Assembly: GCA_042216165.1 (NCBI GenBank)
Contig: JBDGUD010000041.1
Span: forward strand, 149 to 64,148
Length of the DNA: 64,000 nucleotides
Reading direction: 5' to 3'
DNA from: Halanaeroarchaeum sp.
GTDB taxonomy: Archaea > Halobacteriota > Halobacteria > Halobacteriales > Halobacteriaceae
Position numbers and translations under genes: made by a program. The notes under the pieces are model-generated. The model saw only the letters and a program-made list of their open reading frames with translations, had not been told where the DNA came from and made no database searches. This document shows, one piece after another, positions 9,221 to 20,398 of this stretch (the first letter of the stretch is position 1; each line of letters starts with the position of its first letter).

Positions 9221-10699
9221 TCAGTCTCCGGTCGGACTCGATCGTCGCGTGGCGAGCGCCACCTGCAACCGCTCGCGAATCGCCTCTCGCGTCGCTCGAG
9301 CGTCCTCGGCGGCGAGGTCGACGGCGGTGGCGCCGCGGTCGGTGAGGCTGCGCGAACTGGCCGTGTCGATCACGACGCTCCCGAGGGACCACCGGCGCTG
9401 GAAGATCGTCTGGCGCTCGATCACCGTCTGCACCCGGAAGTCGGGGACGACGTGCGTGCGCCGTCGCCAGAAGCCGTTTCGGACGAAGGCGTAGTCGTCC
9501 CCGAGGGCCCAGCCGCGGTGTCGCCACTTCCGGTCCGCGGCAATCGGGACGCCGACGAAGAGGGCGAGGACGACCCACCAGGGGTACCGGACCAGGAGTT
9601 CGGAGACGCCGAAGGCGAGCGCCGCGATCGCGCCCACAACGAGCGAATACCGGACGAGATACCGGCGTCTTGCCCGTTCCGGCGGTCGCTCGAGTTCGGG
9701 GGGATCGAACGGTTCGATCTCGGTCGCGAGATCGTACAACCGGTCACGTGACGCGAGCGGAATCGCGGCCTCGGACCCACCGGACGGCGTCGATCCCGGG
9801 GCGTAGCCGGCCGTCTCGACGCTCAGCGACGCGAAACCGAATCTGCGCATGAGGACGTTCTCGTCGATGGCGAGCGTCTGGACCTTCGAGAGCGGGATGC
9901 TGCCCTCGTATCGCTGGATCAGCCCCCGTTCGTAACGCAACTCGTCCCCTGCCCGGTGCAACTTGAAGCCGTAAAACCGGACGAAGGTCGCGCCGGCCGA
10001 CAGCGCCCAGAGCCCCACTGCGGAGAGGACGACGCCGGTGGCCCCGAGACCGATCAGGACCACGCTCGAGGTGGTGGCGAACGACGGAACGGCCTCCGAC
10101 CCGAGAAGTGGCGTGAACGCGAGCAACACCGAGAACAGGCGCGGATCGAGCGAGAGGACGCTCAGGATCATCAGGTCCCGGTCGTCGAGTTCGAAGAGTA
10201 ACGTGGCGTCTGCCGTCTCCTCGGCCGCCGTCGTCCGCGTCGCTGAGCGCTTCCGTCGCTGGATCTCCTCCTGGAGTCTGCGGGCTTCGCCCTCCGAGAC
10301 GTATCGGAGTCGAGCCTCCGTCTGGCCCCCACCGGCGGTCTCGATCGCGACGGAGGCGACACCGACCAATCGCGCCAGGACGTCGCGGGAGATGTCGACG
10401 TTCTGAATCCGGTCGAGCGGGATCTCGCGCTCTCGGCGAAAGAAGACGCCCGAGGTGATGTCCAACGAGTCCCCGGTCAATTCGTACGCGAAGTGTCGGT
10501 AGTGAGCGACTTCGTAGCCGACTGCGACCCCGGCGAAGACGATCGCCAGCGGGATGCCGGCGAGCAAGCCCACGTCCGGGACCATCCGGCGCTCCGCCAG
10601 CGTCCCGCCCAGGACGGACCCGATCGTGAATCCCGCGACGCCGGCACCGACCGCGCGGCCGCCCCCCTCGAGAAGGAGCGTCAGCGGGTCCAGTTTCAT
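9221..10699 (-). CDS. YdbT-like membrane protein with bacterial PH domains
   Basis: Repeated bPH units ([19 protein letters not shown]) separated by TM pairs. Confidence 0.85.
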   Translation of the reverse strand: MKLDPLTLLLEGGGRAVGAGVAGFTIGSVLGGTLAERRMVPDVGLLAGIPLAIVFAGVAVGYEVAHYRHFAYELTGDSLDITSGVFFRREREIPLDRIQNVDISRDVLARLVGVASVAIETAGGGQTEARLRYVSEGEARRLQEEIQRRKRSATRTTAAEETADATLLFELDDRDLMILSVLSLDPRLFSVLLAFTPLLGSEAVPSFATTSSVVLIGLGATGVVLSAVGLWALSAGATFVRFYGFKLHRAGDELRYERGLIQRYEGSIPLSKVQTLAIDENVLMRRFGFASLSVETAGYAPGSTPSGGSEAAIPLASRDRLYDLATEIEPFDPPELERPPERARRRYLVRYSLVVGAIAALAFGVSELLVRYPWWVVLALFVGVPIAADRKWRHRGWALGDDYAFVRNGFWRRRTHVVPDFRVQTVIERQTIFQRRWSLGSVVIDTASSRSLTDRGATAVDLAAEDARATREAIRERLQVALATRRSSPTGD

Positions 10700-11157
10700 A
10701 CGGCGTCCTCGGACTCGGACTCGCCCACGAGGGACCGGAGGCGACGCTGGAGGTCGGTCGCGCGATCGGGTTCCAGGCCCGGGACCGTCACGTCTGCCCC
10801 CCGTGACCCGGCAGTGTAGACCACGACACTCCCGATCCCGACGAGTCGTTCGAGCGGGTTGCGCTGCGTGTCGACGTGCTGGATGCGAACATACGGCACG
10901 ACGGTCCTGACCCGCGTGAAGACTCCCCGTTCGAGGTAGAGGGCGTCGTCCTGGACCTCGTACGACCAGATCCGATACCGGAGGACCGTGTGTCCGAGGC
11001 CCGCGAGGAGGACGAGCAGACCGGCTCCGACCGCCGGCCAGAGCCCCCAGGACGTCAACAGGATCAGGGCCGCTGCCAGGACGGCGGTGATCCCGACCGC
11101 TCCCGCGACGACCACCAGGGCCCAGACGACCTGCACGCGGGGATCGAGGTGTTCCAT
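10696..11157 (-). CDS. YdbS-like membrane protein with PH domain
   Basis: Two TM helices, then [16 protein letters not shown]; ATGA overlap with the next gene. Confidence 0.87.
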   Translation of the reverse strand: MEHLDPRVQVVWALVVVAGAVGITAVLAAALILLTSWGLWPAVGAGLLVLLAGLGHTVLRYRIWSYEVQDDALYLERGVFTRVRTVVPYVRIQHVDTQRNPLERLVGIGSVVVYTAGSRGADVTVPGLEPDRATDLQRRLRSLVGESESEDAV

Positions 11158-11197
11158 GGTTGCAGGTGGTGGCCGAGCGTATTAACCGACGGGGTGG

Positions 11198-12604
11198 TTA
11201 CTCGCCGGTGAGGATGCCGCGCTCGGTCATCTTCGCCGGATCGAGGACCTCCTCGGCCTCCTCCTCGGTCAGATAGCCCTTCTCGACGACCACCTCGCGG
11301 ATGGTCTTCCCCGTCTTGAGGGCCTCCTTGGCGACCTCCGAGGCCTTGTCGTACCCGATCGTCGGATTGAGTGCTGTCGCCAGCGCCATGCTCTGTTCGA
11401 CCTGCCGTTCGCACTCCTCGCGGTCCACCTCGAGTTTGTCGACGAACTTCTCGGCGAACACGTCGCTCCCGTTCGCGATCAGGCGCGCCGACTGGAGGAA
11501 GTTGTTCGCGAGCACCGGCTTGTAGAGGTTCAGGTCGATCTGCCCCTCGGCGGCACCGGCTGAGACCGCGGCGTCGTTGCCGACGACCTGTTTGTGGACC
11601 TGGTTGATCGACTCGGCGACGACGGGGTTTATCTTGCCCGGCATGATCGACGAACCCGGCTGGTTCTCGGGCTGATCTATCTCGTTGAGGCCGTTCCGCG
11701 GACCGGAGGCCAGGAGTCGAAGGTCGTTCGCGATCTTGTTGAGCGAACCGGCGACCGTCCGGAGCGCCCCGTGGGCCTCGCTCATCGCGTCGTGGGCCGC
11801 CTGTGCCTCGAAGTGGTTGTCGGCCTCGCGGAACTGGATGCCCGTCTCCTCGGAGATGTACTCCGCCGCGAGTTCCGGGAAGTCCGGGTGCGTGTTGAGC
11901 CCCGTTCCGACGGCGGTCCCGCCGAGCGCGAGTTCGCGGAGGTGAGCCTTGCTGTTCTCCAGGCGGGCAAGGCCCTTCTCGACCTGGGCCCGATACCCGC
12001 TGAACTCCTGGCCGAGTCGGATCGGGGTCGCGTCCTGGAGGTGCGTGCGTCCCGTCTTGACCACGTCGTCGAAGGCCTCCTCCTTGGCAGCGAGCGAGTC
12101 GCGGAGCGCCTCCAGTCCCGGTTCCACGTCCTTGACGACCGCCTCGAGGGCCGCGACGTGCATCGCGGTCGGGATGACGTCGTTCGAGGACTGGCCGAAG
12201 TTGACGTGGTCGTTCGGGTGAATCTCGCGCGACCCAATCTCGCCGCCGAAAATTTCCGTCGCCCGGTTGGCGATGACCTCGTTCGCGTTCATGTTCGAGG
12301 ACGTGCCGGAGCCCGTCTGGAAGACGTCGACGGGGAACTGGTCGTCGAGTTCGCCCTCGATGACCTCGTCCGTCGCCTGGATGATCGCGGCGGCCTTCTC
12401 CTCGGGGACGGTCTCGAGGTCGCGGTTCGCCTGGGCGGCGGCCTTCTTCACGACGCCGAGCGCCCTCACGAAGCGTCTGTCGAACGTCTCGTCGCTGATC
12501 GGGAAGTTCTCGACGGCGCGCTGGGTCTGTGCACCCCAGTAGGCGTCCGCGGGAACCTCCATCTCGCCGAGACTGTCCTTCTCGATGCGGTAGTCCTCAG
12601 CCAT
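11198..12604 (-). CDS. fumC: class II fumarate hydratase
   Basis: GSSIMPGKINP signature, QTGSGTSSNMN, GRTHLQDATP. Confidence 0.95.
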   Translation of the reverse strand: MAEDYRIEKDSLGEMEVPADAYWGAQTQRAVENFPISDETFDRRFVRALGVVKKAAAQANRDLETVPEEKAAAIIQATDEVIEGELDDQFPVDVFQTGSGTSSNMNANEVIANRATEIFGGEIGSREIHPNDHVNFGQSSNDVIPTAMHVAALEAVVKDVEPGLEALRDSLAAKEEAFDDVVKTGRTHLQDATPIRLGQEFSGYRAQVEKGLARLENSKAHLRELALGGTAVGTGLNTHPDFPELAAEYISEETGIQFREADNHFEAQAAHDAMSEAHGALRTVAGSLNKIANDLRLLASGPRNGLNEIDQPENQPGSSIMPGKINPVVAESINQVHKQVVGNDAAVSAGAAEGQIDLNLYKPVLANNFLQSARLIANGSDVFAEKFVDKLEVDREECERQVEQSMALATALNPTIGYDKASEVAKEALKTGKTIREVVVEKGYLTEEEAEEVLDPAKMTERGILTGE

Positions 12605-12685
12605 ACGTGGCCCTTCTGCACGGACTGTCGTAAAACCGACTGAATGCACTCGCGGCCGCGGGGCCCGCCGACCGGCGTCCGCCGA

Positions 12686-13669
12686 TCAGGTCCAGCGGTC
12701 GAGTCCGGTCTGCGTCACCGACTCGTCGATCCGCTCGAAGCCGCGATCGACCTCGTCCCTCGGAATCCCCCACGTCTCCGTCACGTACTCGACGGCGGCG
12801 TCGACGTCCGGGTTCGTCGTCAGGTCGAGGTCGTAGGTCTCCGTCACGTCCGGATCGAGGAATAGCGACCGAATGTCGGCGGCGCGATCGATCTCGGTGC
12901 CCTCCTCCTCGAGGACGGCCCACAGGTCGCCGTGTTTCTTGATCGCCGAGAGCGCGGTCTTCGGCCCGTATCCCGACAGTCCGTCGTTGAAGTCGGTCCC
13001 GATGAGGATCGCGACGTCCACGAGTTGTTCCCAGGTGATGTCGTGGGTCGCGAGGGTGTCCTCGAAGGACATGAGTTCCGGGTTGCCGCGGGTCGTCAGT
13101 TTCCTGAGCGTCAGTGGTGCCCCGAGGAGCAGCGTGTCGTAGTCCTCGCTGCCGGCGTAATCGACGTCGTCGTCCGTTCGCGCCATGTAGGCGACCTGGG
13201 CCTCGCCCTCGGCCGGCGCCTCGATGTACGGCACGTCGAGGAGGTCGAGGAGTTCGCGAGTGGTCCTCTGGATCGTCTCGGTGAGTCGCTGTGTCCGGGA
13301 CTCCATCCTGGCCGCCTCGATGGCGTCACCGGCCGCCTTCGCCTCCTCCATTCGCTCCTCGGCGGCTTCCTTGGCCTCGCGACGTTCTGCGATCTCCGCC
13401 GACTTGAGGTCCGTAACGCCGCCGTCGAAGACGAAAATCGGCGTGAGGTCGTTCTCGAAGAACTTCGGGAGTCCCTGGACGATCCCGATCAGGTTCGCGA
13501 CCTCCTCGCCAGACGGCGTCGTGTACACGGACGAGTCGGTGAACTTGACGGTGATCGTCAGATAGCGGTACAGCCAGTTGTGGGCGTCGACCGCCACCAC
13601 GTCGCCCTCGAGGTCCTCGAAGGTCACCTCCTCGACCGCCGCCAGCTGTCGGAGGTCCGCGTTTCCCAT
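12686..13669 (-). CDS. fen: flap endonuclease 1
   Basis: [25 protein letters not shown]-terminal PIP box QTGLDRW; true start MGNADL at 13669. Confidence 0.96.
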   Translation of the reverse strand: MGNADLRQLAAVEEVTFEDLEGDVVAVDAHNWLYRYLTITVKFTDSSVYTTPSGEEVANLIGIVQGLPKFFENDLTPIFVFDGGVTDLKSAEIAERREAKEAAEERMEEAKAAGDAIEAARMESRTQRLTETIQRTTRELLDLLDVPYIEAPAEGEAQVAYMARTDDDVDYAGSEDYDTLLLGAPLTLRKLTTRGNPELMSFEDTLATHDITWEQLVDVAILIGTDFNDGLSGYGPKTALSAIKKHGDLWAVLEEEGTEIDRAADIRSLFLDPDVTETYDLDLTTNPDVDAAVEYVTETWGIPRDEVDRGFERIDESVTQTGLDRWT

Positions 13670-13695
13670 CGCGACCACCTTCGAGGTCCGCCGTG

Positions 13696-14247
13696 TTAAT
13701 ACTCTCCATCGTCGGGGACGCGATCGAACGCGTGTTCCACGGTCGGTGGCGGGCGGCCTTCCACGCGGTCCTCGGCGAACCGTCGTTCGCCCCCCGAAAC
13801 GTCTCGATCGAGGAATCGAGCCATCCCGCGCCGATAGTCCGCGGCGGTCCGGTCTGCGGGGCGCTCCAGGACGAGACCGTCGTTCCCGACGGTTTCTCCG
13901 GTGAACGCGAAGCCTGCCTTGTAGAACGACTCGAAGGAGTACGGGTTGTTCGCCGCCGTCCGGACGGCGTCGTAGCGCGCGAGCAAGCGACGCGCGGTGG
14001 CGTCCGTCAACCGTGGACCGACCTCCTCGCCGCGGCAGTCCTCGCGGACCGTCACGTACCTGATCCAGGCACGAGATGGCTCCGACCGGTCTGCATTGAA
14101 CGCGACGGCCCCGACGACCTCGTCCCCACGCTCCGCCACCGCCTTGCCGGTGTTGGACATGACGAACTTCCCCGCGTAGGCGAACCGACGCCAGTCGAGG
14201 TCGAGGGTCGGTCCGTCCGCTGGCCAGCCCAGGAAGACGACGTCCAT
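13696..14247 (-). CDS. GNAT family N-acetyltransferase
   Basis: [14 protein letters not shown] motif A, NN..FYKAGF. Confidence 0.8.
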   Translation of the reverse strand: MDVVFLGWPADGPTLDLDWRRFAYAGKFVMSNTGKAVAERGDEVVGAVAFNADRSEPSRAWIRYVTVREDCRGEEVGPRLTDATARRLLARYDAVRTAANNPYSFESFYKAGFAFTGETVGNDGLVLERPADRTAADYRRGMARFLDRDVSGGERRFAEDRVEGRPPPTVEHAFDRVPDDGEY

Positions 14248-14302
14248 GATTGCTGCCCGTGGCGCGACACCTATAATCCTCCGTCCCCGAGCGGAGACAA
14301 CC

Positions 14303-14872
14303 GTGCACGACGTACCGTTCTTCGATCGGGTCGCGCCCCTCTACGACGTCTTCGCCCCCGCGACGGACAGCCAGCCGCTCGAGTCGGGCCTCGCCGTGGC
14401 GGAGCGTCCCGTCGAGGACGTCGTCGACCTCGGCGGGGGCACTGGCCGGGCTGCGCGCTCGCTCTCGACCGACCCGGTGGTACTGGACGCCAGCGAACGG
14501 ATGCTGGCGAGGGCCAGAGGTCACGGCCTCCCGACAGTCAGGGGCGACGTCAGATCGCTCCCGTTTCCCGACGGTTCTCTCGACGCCGTCGTGTCCGTGG
14601 ACGCCATCCATCACTTTCCGGCAGTTTCCAGCGTCCTCGAGGAGGTCGTGCGGGTTCTCGACGACGGCGGCGTCTTCGTCGTCAGGGACTTCGATCCGGG
14701 CACGATCAGGGGCCGTGCCCTGGTCCTGGGCGAACGCCTCGTCGGGTTCGAATCGACGTTCTTCACCGTGGAGGACCTCGTGACGGCGTTCGAGGACGCT
14801 GGACTGGACGCGACCGTCACCGAGCGAGGGTTCGTGTACACCGTCGTCGGCGTCGCGTCGGCGAATGCGTGA
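14303..14872 (+). CDS. class I SAM-dependent methyltransferase
   Basis: [21 protein letters not shown]; GTG start inferred. Confidence 0.85.
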   Translation: MHDVPFFDRVAPLYDVFAPATDSQPLESGLAVAERPVEDVVDLGGGTGRAARSLSTDPVVLDASERMLARARGHGLPTVRGDVRSLPFPDGSLDAVVSVDAIHHFPAVSSVLEEVVRVLDDGGVFVVRDFDPGTIRGRALVLGERLVGFESTFFTVEDLVTAFEDAGLDATVTERGFVYTVVGVASANA

Positions 14873-14903
14873 ATTCTTGACCCTCGCCGCCGAAGCGCCG
14901 GCC

Positions 14904-15302
14904 ATGCGATTCGACGTGAACCGGTCCGCGCTCGTCCGCTACGGACTGGGCGACGTCGCCGTCATCGTCGCGTTCGTCGCCATCGGTGAGGTGGCCCACG
15001 GCAGCAACCCGCTCGCGGTTCTCTCGGCCTTCGCTCAGACGTCCCTCACGTTCCTCGTCGGGTGGGCGATCGCCGCGCCCGCCATCGGTGCATACCGGTC
15101 CCAGACGCTCACGAGTTGGCGGTTCGCACTGGGTCTCCCGGTCCTCGCGTGGGCCCTGGCCGACGGCGTCGGCCAACTGTTGCGATCGACCGCGTACTTC
15201 GAGGGGAGTGCGGCCGCGAGTTTCTACCTGGTCGCGCTCGTTGCCGGGGGCGCGTTGCTGGCGGTGTGGCGAGCGATCGCCTTCCGCCTGGCTGGCGAGT
15301 GA
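14904..15302 (+). CDS. DUF3054-like membrane protein
   Basis: Four hydrophobic segments, GDV..F...GE..H pattern. Confidence 0.75.
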   Translation: MRFDVNRSALVRYGLGDVAVIVAFVAIGEVAHGSNPLAVLSAFAQTSLTFLVGWAIAAPAIGAYRSQTLTSWRFALGLPVLAWALADGVGQLLRSTAYFEGSAAASFYLVALVAGGALLAVWRAIAFRLAGE

Positions 15303-15473
15303 TCCGGTCGGTGCCCAGTCCGGTCACGTCCGCGACGAGAACCTCCGAGCGGACGGGTGTGCGATGCATAAGTTATACATGGCCACCATGGTGGCAATTG
15401 GACACCATCACGATGGAAAGACGGAACTCATGCAAACCTTTATATTAGTGTCGCACATAGTATTGAATAGATT

Positions 15474-15701
15474 ATGACTGAATATTACGATCTCGTCCTC
15501 GGTCTCATTCCGCTCGCATTGCTCGGCCTCGGCGGTGGCCTCCACGTCGCGGGTCTCGCGCTGACCACCGCGCTCACCATCGGCGGCCTCTTCGCCGTCG
15601 GGCTCGTCGGTCACGCCCTGTTCGTCAACGGCCCGGTCAGTCTGGGCGAATCGGCCCCCGGCAGCACGGCGACGAACACCTCGATCCAGACCGCCGACTG
15701 A
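15474..15701 (+). CDS. small membrane protein
   Basis: YYDLVLGLIP...GHALFVNGP; TATA TTTATA upstream. Confidence 0.8.
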   Translation: MTEYYDLVLGLIPLALLGLGGGLHVAGLALTTALTIGGLFAVGLVGHALFVNGPVSLGESAPGSTATNTSIQTAD

Positions 15702-15747
15702 CGCACCCGACCCACAGTTTTTCTCCGTCTGGCCCGTCTGTCCGATC

Positions 15748-16746
15748 ATGACCGACGTCCTGTACCTGACGAGCGACGACCTGACCGGGCTCGCGACGCC
15801 CCGAGAGTACGTCGATGCCGTCTGGGACGCCTATCGACAGCGGGGCGAGGGGGCCCAGGCCGAACCGCGAACGAAACTCGTGAACGAGGAGCCGGCCGGC
15901 CTGTTGAACACCTACGTGGCCGTGCTCCCGCAGACCGGCGTCATGGGCGGCTACATGTACACCGCCGGCTTCGGCGAACGCGACGCGTGGTTCGTCACCC
16001 CCCTGTTCGACGCGGCGACCGGGGAACTCCTGGCCATCCTCGACGGTGCGAGCATGAACCCGTTCAAGACCGGGGCGACCGGGGCCGTGGGCGTCGACGC
16101 GCTGGCGCGCGAGGACGCGAGTCGCGTGGGAATCGTCGGCAGTGGGGCACAGGCCCGGGGTCAGGTACGGGCGACGGCGGCGGTCCGCGACATCGACCAC
16201 GTCGCGGTGTTCTCGCCGACGCGGTCCAGCCGCGAGGCGTTCGCCGACGAGATGGCCGAGCGACTCGACGCGACCGTCGAGGCCGTCCCGGACAGCGAGT
16301 CTGCCGTCGCCGGCGCGGACGTTGTCATCACGGCGACGAACGCCGAGGAACCGGTCTTCGACGGGTCGAACCTCGACGACGGAGCACACGTGACCGCGAT
16401 GGGCCAGTACGACCCCGCGAAACGGGAACTCGACGTCGAGACCATCCGCCGGTCGGTATACGTCCCCGACCTGCGAGAACGGGCCTTTCAGGACGCGGGA
16501 TCGTTCCTTCACGCCCGCGATACGGGAGCGGTCTCGGACGACCACGTCCACGCGGAACTCGGGGAGGTCGTCGCCGGGAAGGCCCCCGGGCGGACGGACC
16601 CGGACCAGGTCACCGTCTTCGACAGCGGCGGAACGGCCATCGAGACCGCGGCCGCCGGACACCTCCTGTACGAGAAGGCCATCGCGGAGGGGCTCGGACG
16701 AACGATCGAGTTCGCACCGGCCAGCGAGGCGCTCACGGGTCGCTGA
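15748..16746 (+). CDS. ornithine cyclodeaminase/mu-crystallin family (possible alanine dehydrogenase)
   Basis: GIVGSGAQA, FDSGGTAIE, ELGEVVAG. Confidence 0.9.
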   Translation: MTDVLYLTSDDLTGLATPREYVDAVWDAYRQRGEGAQAEPRTKLVNEEPAGLLNTYVAVLPQTGVMGGYMYTAGFGERDAWFVTPLFDAATGELLAILDGASMNPFKTGATGAVGVDALAREDASRVGIVGSGAQARGQVRATAAVRDIDHVAVFSPTRSSREAFADEMAERLDATVEAVPDSESAVAGADVVITATNAEEPVFDGSNLDDGAHVTAMGQYDPAKRELDVETIRRSVYVPDLRERAFQDAGSFLHARDTGAVSDDHVHAELGEVVAGKAPGRTDPDQVTVFDSGGTAIETAAAGHLLYEKAIAEGLGRTIEFAPASEALTGR

Positions 16747-16757
16747 TCGGATTCGCT

Positions 16758-17747
16758 TCAGAGCACCGCCGAGAGGCCGAGTGCCTCCATCAGCGGAATC
16801 CCGGACGCGAGCGCACCGACCAGGTAGCCACCGATGGCCCCGCCGTTGAGAAGGGGAAGCCCGGCGTGCGCCCGGCCCTTCGCGACCATCCAGAGGAGGG
16901 CGAGGAGGCCGAGGATCGTCCCCGCGATGGCGGCGAGCGGTGCGATCTCGAATCCGAGTACGGGCGGGGTGTCGAGGAAGAACCCTGCGCTCGCGACCAT
17001 GATCGACGGCATGACCGCGTCCCCGAGCCCGATGAAGAATGCCTCCCGTTCCAGGGCACCGGGCGCCTCGTCCTCGCCGGCACCGTCGGCTCCAGAAGCC
17101 GCGTCCGCACCCACGGATTCGGCCATCGAATCGGCGGCTTCGATGAAGGAGTACGAGGTCGTCGTCGGGATGACGATCAGTACGGGGACGCGGAGTTCCA
17201 TCACCCCCGAAGCCAGGGTGAGCATGTGTCGGGTGCCGTAGACGGACACGGCGTCGTACACCGCGAGAGCCGTCAGGAGGAGGATCGCCGGGAGGATGCC
17301 GAACGAGATGCCGAACAGGGCTCCGGCACCCATCCCCATCACGAGTCCGGCGGCGTCGATCACCCACCACTCCGGGTAGACGAGGAGCCCGAGCACGACC
17401 GCCCCGCCGGCGATCCAGGGCGAGACGTTCGCCCCGCCGAGCGCGGCGACACGGAGGACCGGGATAGTGACGGAGAAGACGTACCCCGCAATCAGGCCGC
17501 TCGTCCCCACGAGAAACAGCCGGAGGACGCTCGTCCGTCCGAATCGCATTAGCGCCAACATGAGTGCCGTCGCGACCAGGATGACCCCCACGTAGACGAC
17601 GCTGTTGGCCGGATTCTGTGGGTTTTCGACCGACTGGTAGCCGGCCGCGTCGAACGGTCCGACCAGAGCGAGGGCACCGAACTGGACGGCCAGGAAGAAC
17701 CCGACGGCTCCGGCGACCGCGAGGGCTACACGCGCGCGTTGGTCCAT
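16758..17747 (-). CDS. presenilin-family intramembrane aspartyl protease (PSH)
   Basis: YD (AVYDAVSV), GLGD and HAGLPLL motifs in TM segments. Confidence 0.92.
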   Translation of the reverse strand: MDQRARVALAVAGAVGFFLAVQFGALALVGPFDAAGYQSVENPQNPANSVVYVGVILVATALMLALMRFGRTSVLRLFLVGTSGLIAGYVFSVTIPVLRVAALGGANVSPWIAGGAVVLGLLVYPEWWVIDAAGLVMGMGAGALFGISFGILPAILLLTALAVYDAVSVYGTRHMLTLASGVMELRVPVLIVIPTTTSYSFIEAADSMAESVGADAASGADGAGEDEAPGALEREAFFIGLGDAVMPSIMVASAGFFLDTPPVLGFEIAPLAAIAGTILGLLALLWMVAKGRAHAGLPLLNGGAIGGYLVGALASGIPLMEALGLSAVL

Positions 17748-17786
17748 GGCAGCCCGAACCGGGTACTCCCCCTTGGCCGTTGCGAC

Positions 17787-18017
17787 TCATCGGACGTACA
17801 GGGTGTCACCCACGACGGCGGGCGGGTGGACGTCGTCGTCTGGATCGACGGCGAGATAGGGGCGATCGACCGGCCCGAAGACGTCGACAACCGTTCCCAC
17901 GTCCTGGAGCGAGTCGTCAACGACTCGCGTACCGATGTCCGGACGCGAATCGTCGTCCGCCCGACAGACCACGAGCCCCTGGGCCACCCGAACGACGGTG
18001 CCGGCTCGGCGCATCAC
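17787..18017 (-). CDS. gar1: H/ACA RNP subunit Gar1
   Basis: [15 protein letters not shown]. Confidence 0.88.
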   Translation of the reverse strand: MMRRAGTVVRVAQGLVVCRADDDSRPDIGTRVVDDSLQDVGTVVDVFGPVDRPYLAVDPDDDVHPPAVVGDTLYVR

Positions 18018-18295
18018 TCGCGAAGCGCCTGGACGTAGGCGGCCACGGCCTGGAGCAGGTCGCTCTTCCCGGCGTCCTCGGCGTGCTTGACGAGGACGCG
18101 CCCGCGCTCGCTCCAGGGGCTCCGCGGGTAGGACGCGTCCCGCTCGATGACGGCGTCGTAGCCGACCTGCTGGACGGCCTTCGCGATCTCGTCGGGCGTG
18201 GGCGCGTCGACCGCGAGCGATTTCGGGACGCGCCGCCCATCCGAGCGGGTGCGCTCCGCGTCGAAGTACGCCGGCCAGATCACGTTCTCGACCAT
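18014..18295 (-). CDS. srp19: signal recognition particle protein SRP19
   Basis: [21 protein letters not shown]. Confidence 0.95.
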   Translation of the reverse strand: MVENVIWPAYFDAERTRSDGRRVPKSLAVDAPTPDEIAKAVQQVGYDAVIERDASYPRSPWSERGRVLVKHAEDAGKSDLLQAVAAYVQALRE

Positions 18296-18388
18296 GGATT
18301 CGGGCAGACCTACCCGCCCACCCGGTTAAACACTGACGGACGGACCGGGGCGGAAGGACTCTTTAGGTTCGGCACCTGCCGTACGGGT

Positions 18389-20308
18389 ATGCGTCGCGCC
18401 GCCGCCCTGATCGTCGTCATCGCGTTGGTCCTCCAGCCCGTCGGGGTCGGAATGGCCGCGGGCCAGACCAGCGACGGAACGATCGTCCGCACGATGGCGT
18501 TCTCCCTGACGCCGGACGAACCGGGTTCGGTGTCGGTACGCGTGACGTTCGATGTACCGACCAACGTCCTGTCGCTGACCACGAGCGTTCCCGGGCGGGC
18601 GGCCGTCGTCGCGACAGACGGGTTCACCGAGACGGACGACGGGTACACCTGGAACGGGGGGCCCGACGATCCGAGCCTGACGCTCGCGCTGTCGGCCAAT
18701 CGAACCGACGTGGGACTCCGTGCGGCGGCGTCGTCGTCCGGCTACGAGTTCGTCGACGCGGGACCCTGGGCGCTCGTCTCGACGCTGCCGATGTCGACGT
18801 CGTGGACGTACACGGGCAAGTCCCCGGACTTCGAACGACGGGTGACGACCGCCACCGACGGGGTCGCAGGCCAGCAGATGGTGTATCTCGGCCCGTCCAC
18901 CGAGTACACACGCTCCGCCAGCGGCCAGCGCGTGACTCTCGTCGTTCCAGACAGTGCAACGATGGCCGAAGCCCCGTCCACCGTTCTCGACTCGATCGCG
19001 GCCGCGTCGGCGTCGTTACGGGTTGGGGAACGGGACCCGGCGATCACGTTCTTCGCCGTGCCCACGTCCGTGGACTGGGCGGCCGAGGGGCTGGCGACGA
19101 ATTCAGAGGCCTGGGTGACTGCAGACAGCGAACTCGACCGCCCAGAGAACGTCTGGTTGCACGAGTACGTCCACACGAGGACGGCATTCGAACCGAGCAC
19201 CGGCGCCCGGTGGCTGGTCGAGGCCGCCGCGGAGTACTACGCCGCCCTGTTGACGTTCCAGCAGGGACGCATCGACTTCCAGGAGTTCCACGATCACCTG
19301 GCGTTGGGCGCACGGGATCCGTACGCCTCGTCGATCCTCACCGAACCGTCGACGTGGGCCCGGGGCGCGAACTACCTCAAGGGGGCGCTCGTCCTCGGAA
19401 ACCTCGACCGGCGAATCCGGCTGGCGACGGAGAGTCGCCACACCGCGGCCGACCTCGTCGAGGCGATGAACCGAAAGGAGGGAACGGTGACGTACGACTT
19501 CGTGCGAGAGACGGTGGCGGCTCTCTCGGGACCGGAGACCGTCCAGTACCTCGACCGATACGCCACGACCCAGGCGGCACCGTCGGCCTGGTCCAGGACC
19601 GAGCACGCGGCGGCCTTCCAGACGCTTCCCCCACTGATGGTCGTCGGGAACGACCCCACGTTCACGGTGACGGGTCCGTCTCGCGAAACGAGGACGTCCA
19701 CGCCGCCGGTTCTGGTTCCCGGCGAGACGCTGGCGGTGAACGTCTCGGTCACCAACGAGGGCGACGTCGCCGGTGAATACGACGTGACGCTGACCGTCGA
19801 CGGGGAACCGGTGGACAGTGCGGCGGGATCGCTCGCGAGCGGGGAGTCGACGCGAGTGACGTTGCGGCACCAGTTCGAATCGACTGGGACCGTCACGGTG
19901 ATGATCGACGGCCTGTCGTTCGACGTGACGGTCGCGGACCCGGCGACGCCCCACGTTACCGGTCTCGAGGCCCCGGAATCGGTCGAGGCCGGGAGCGAAT
20001 TCGCGCTCACGATCACCGCCGAGAACCCGACCGACCGACCGGCCACCGGTGCGGTACCCGTCGTGATCGACGGGAAGCAGGTGGCCTCGTGGTCCCCGGT
20101 CGTCGCCAGCGGTGACACCATAACGGACACGAAACGCCTGGTCATCGACGATCCAGGGCGACACACCGTGAGCGTGGGAGACGAATCCGTCGAGGTAGTC
20201 GTTACCGATTCGGCCACGACCGCCGTTCCAGGATTCACCGTGGCTCTGTGGATCGTCGCGTTCGCCGTAACGACGGGACTGTATCGCTTCGCCGGACGCC
20301 ACCGCTAA
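18389..20308 (+). CDS. secreted PGF-CTERM protein with gluzincin-type metallopeptidase and CARDB-like domains
   Basis: Signal peptide; HEYVH plus [10 protein letters not shown] and NYLKG; Ig-like repeats; VPGF-TM-basic C-terminus. Confidence 0.8.
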   Translation: MRRAAALIVVIALVLQPVGVGMAAGQTSDGTIVRTMAFSLTPDEPGSVSVRVTFDVPTNVLSLTTSVPGRAAVVATDGFTETDDGYTWNGGPDDPSLTLALSANRTDVGLRAAASSSGYEFVDAGPWALVSTLPMSTSWTYTGKSPDFERRVTTATDGVAGQQMVYLGPSTEYTRSASGQRVTLVVPDSATMAEAPSTVLDSIAAASASLRVGERDPAITFFAVPTSVDWAAEGLATNSEAWVTADSELDRPENVWLHEYVHTRTAFEPSTGARWLVEAAAEYYAALLTFQQGRIDFQEFHDHLALGARDPYASSILTEPSTWARGANYLKGALVLGNLDRRIRLATESRHTAADLVEAMNRKEGTVTYDFVRETVAALSGPETVQYLDRYATTQAAPSAWSRTEHAAAFQTLPPLMVVGNDPTFTVTGPSRETRTSTPPVLVPGETLAVNVSVTNEGDVAGEYDVTLTVDGEPVDSAAGSLASGESTRVTLRHQFESTGTVTVMIDGLSFDVTVADPATPHVTGLEAPESVEAGSEFALTITAENPTDRPATGAVPVVIDGKQVASWSPVVASGDTITDTKRLVIDDPGRHTVSVGDESVEVVVTDSATTAVPGFTVALWIVAFAVTTGLYRFAGRHR

Positions 20309-20398
20309 CCCACACAGGGCGGAGCACCGACCGGTCCTCCGGGGTCGGCGAGGAGCAAAACGTTTTTGTATGACTGCAAATCAACCACGAAACGACAC

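Noticed and set aside
12686-14905. Apparent 739-aa FEN1 fusion
   Set aside because: The upstream part is open-frame overlap with the GNAT and methyltransferase genes; FEN1 starts at 13669.
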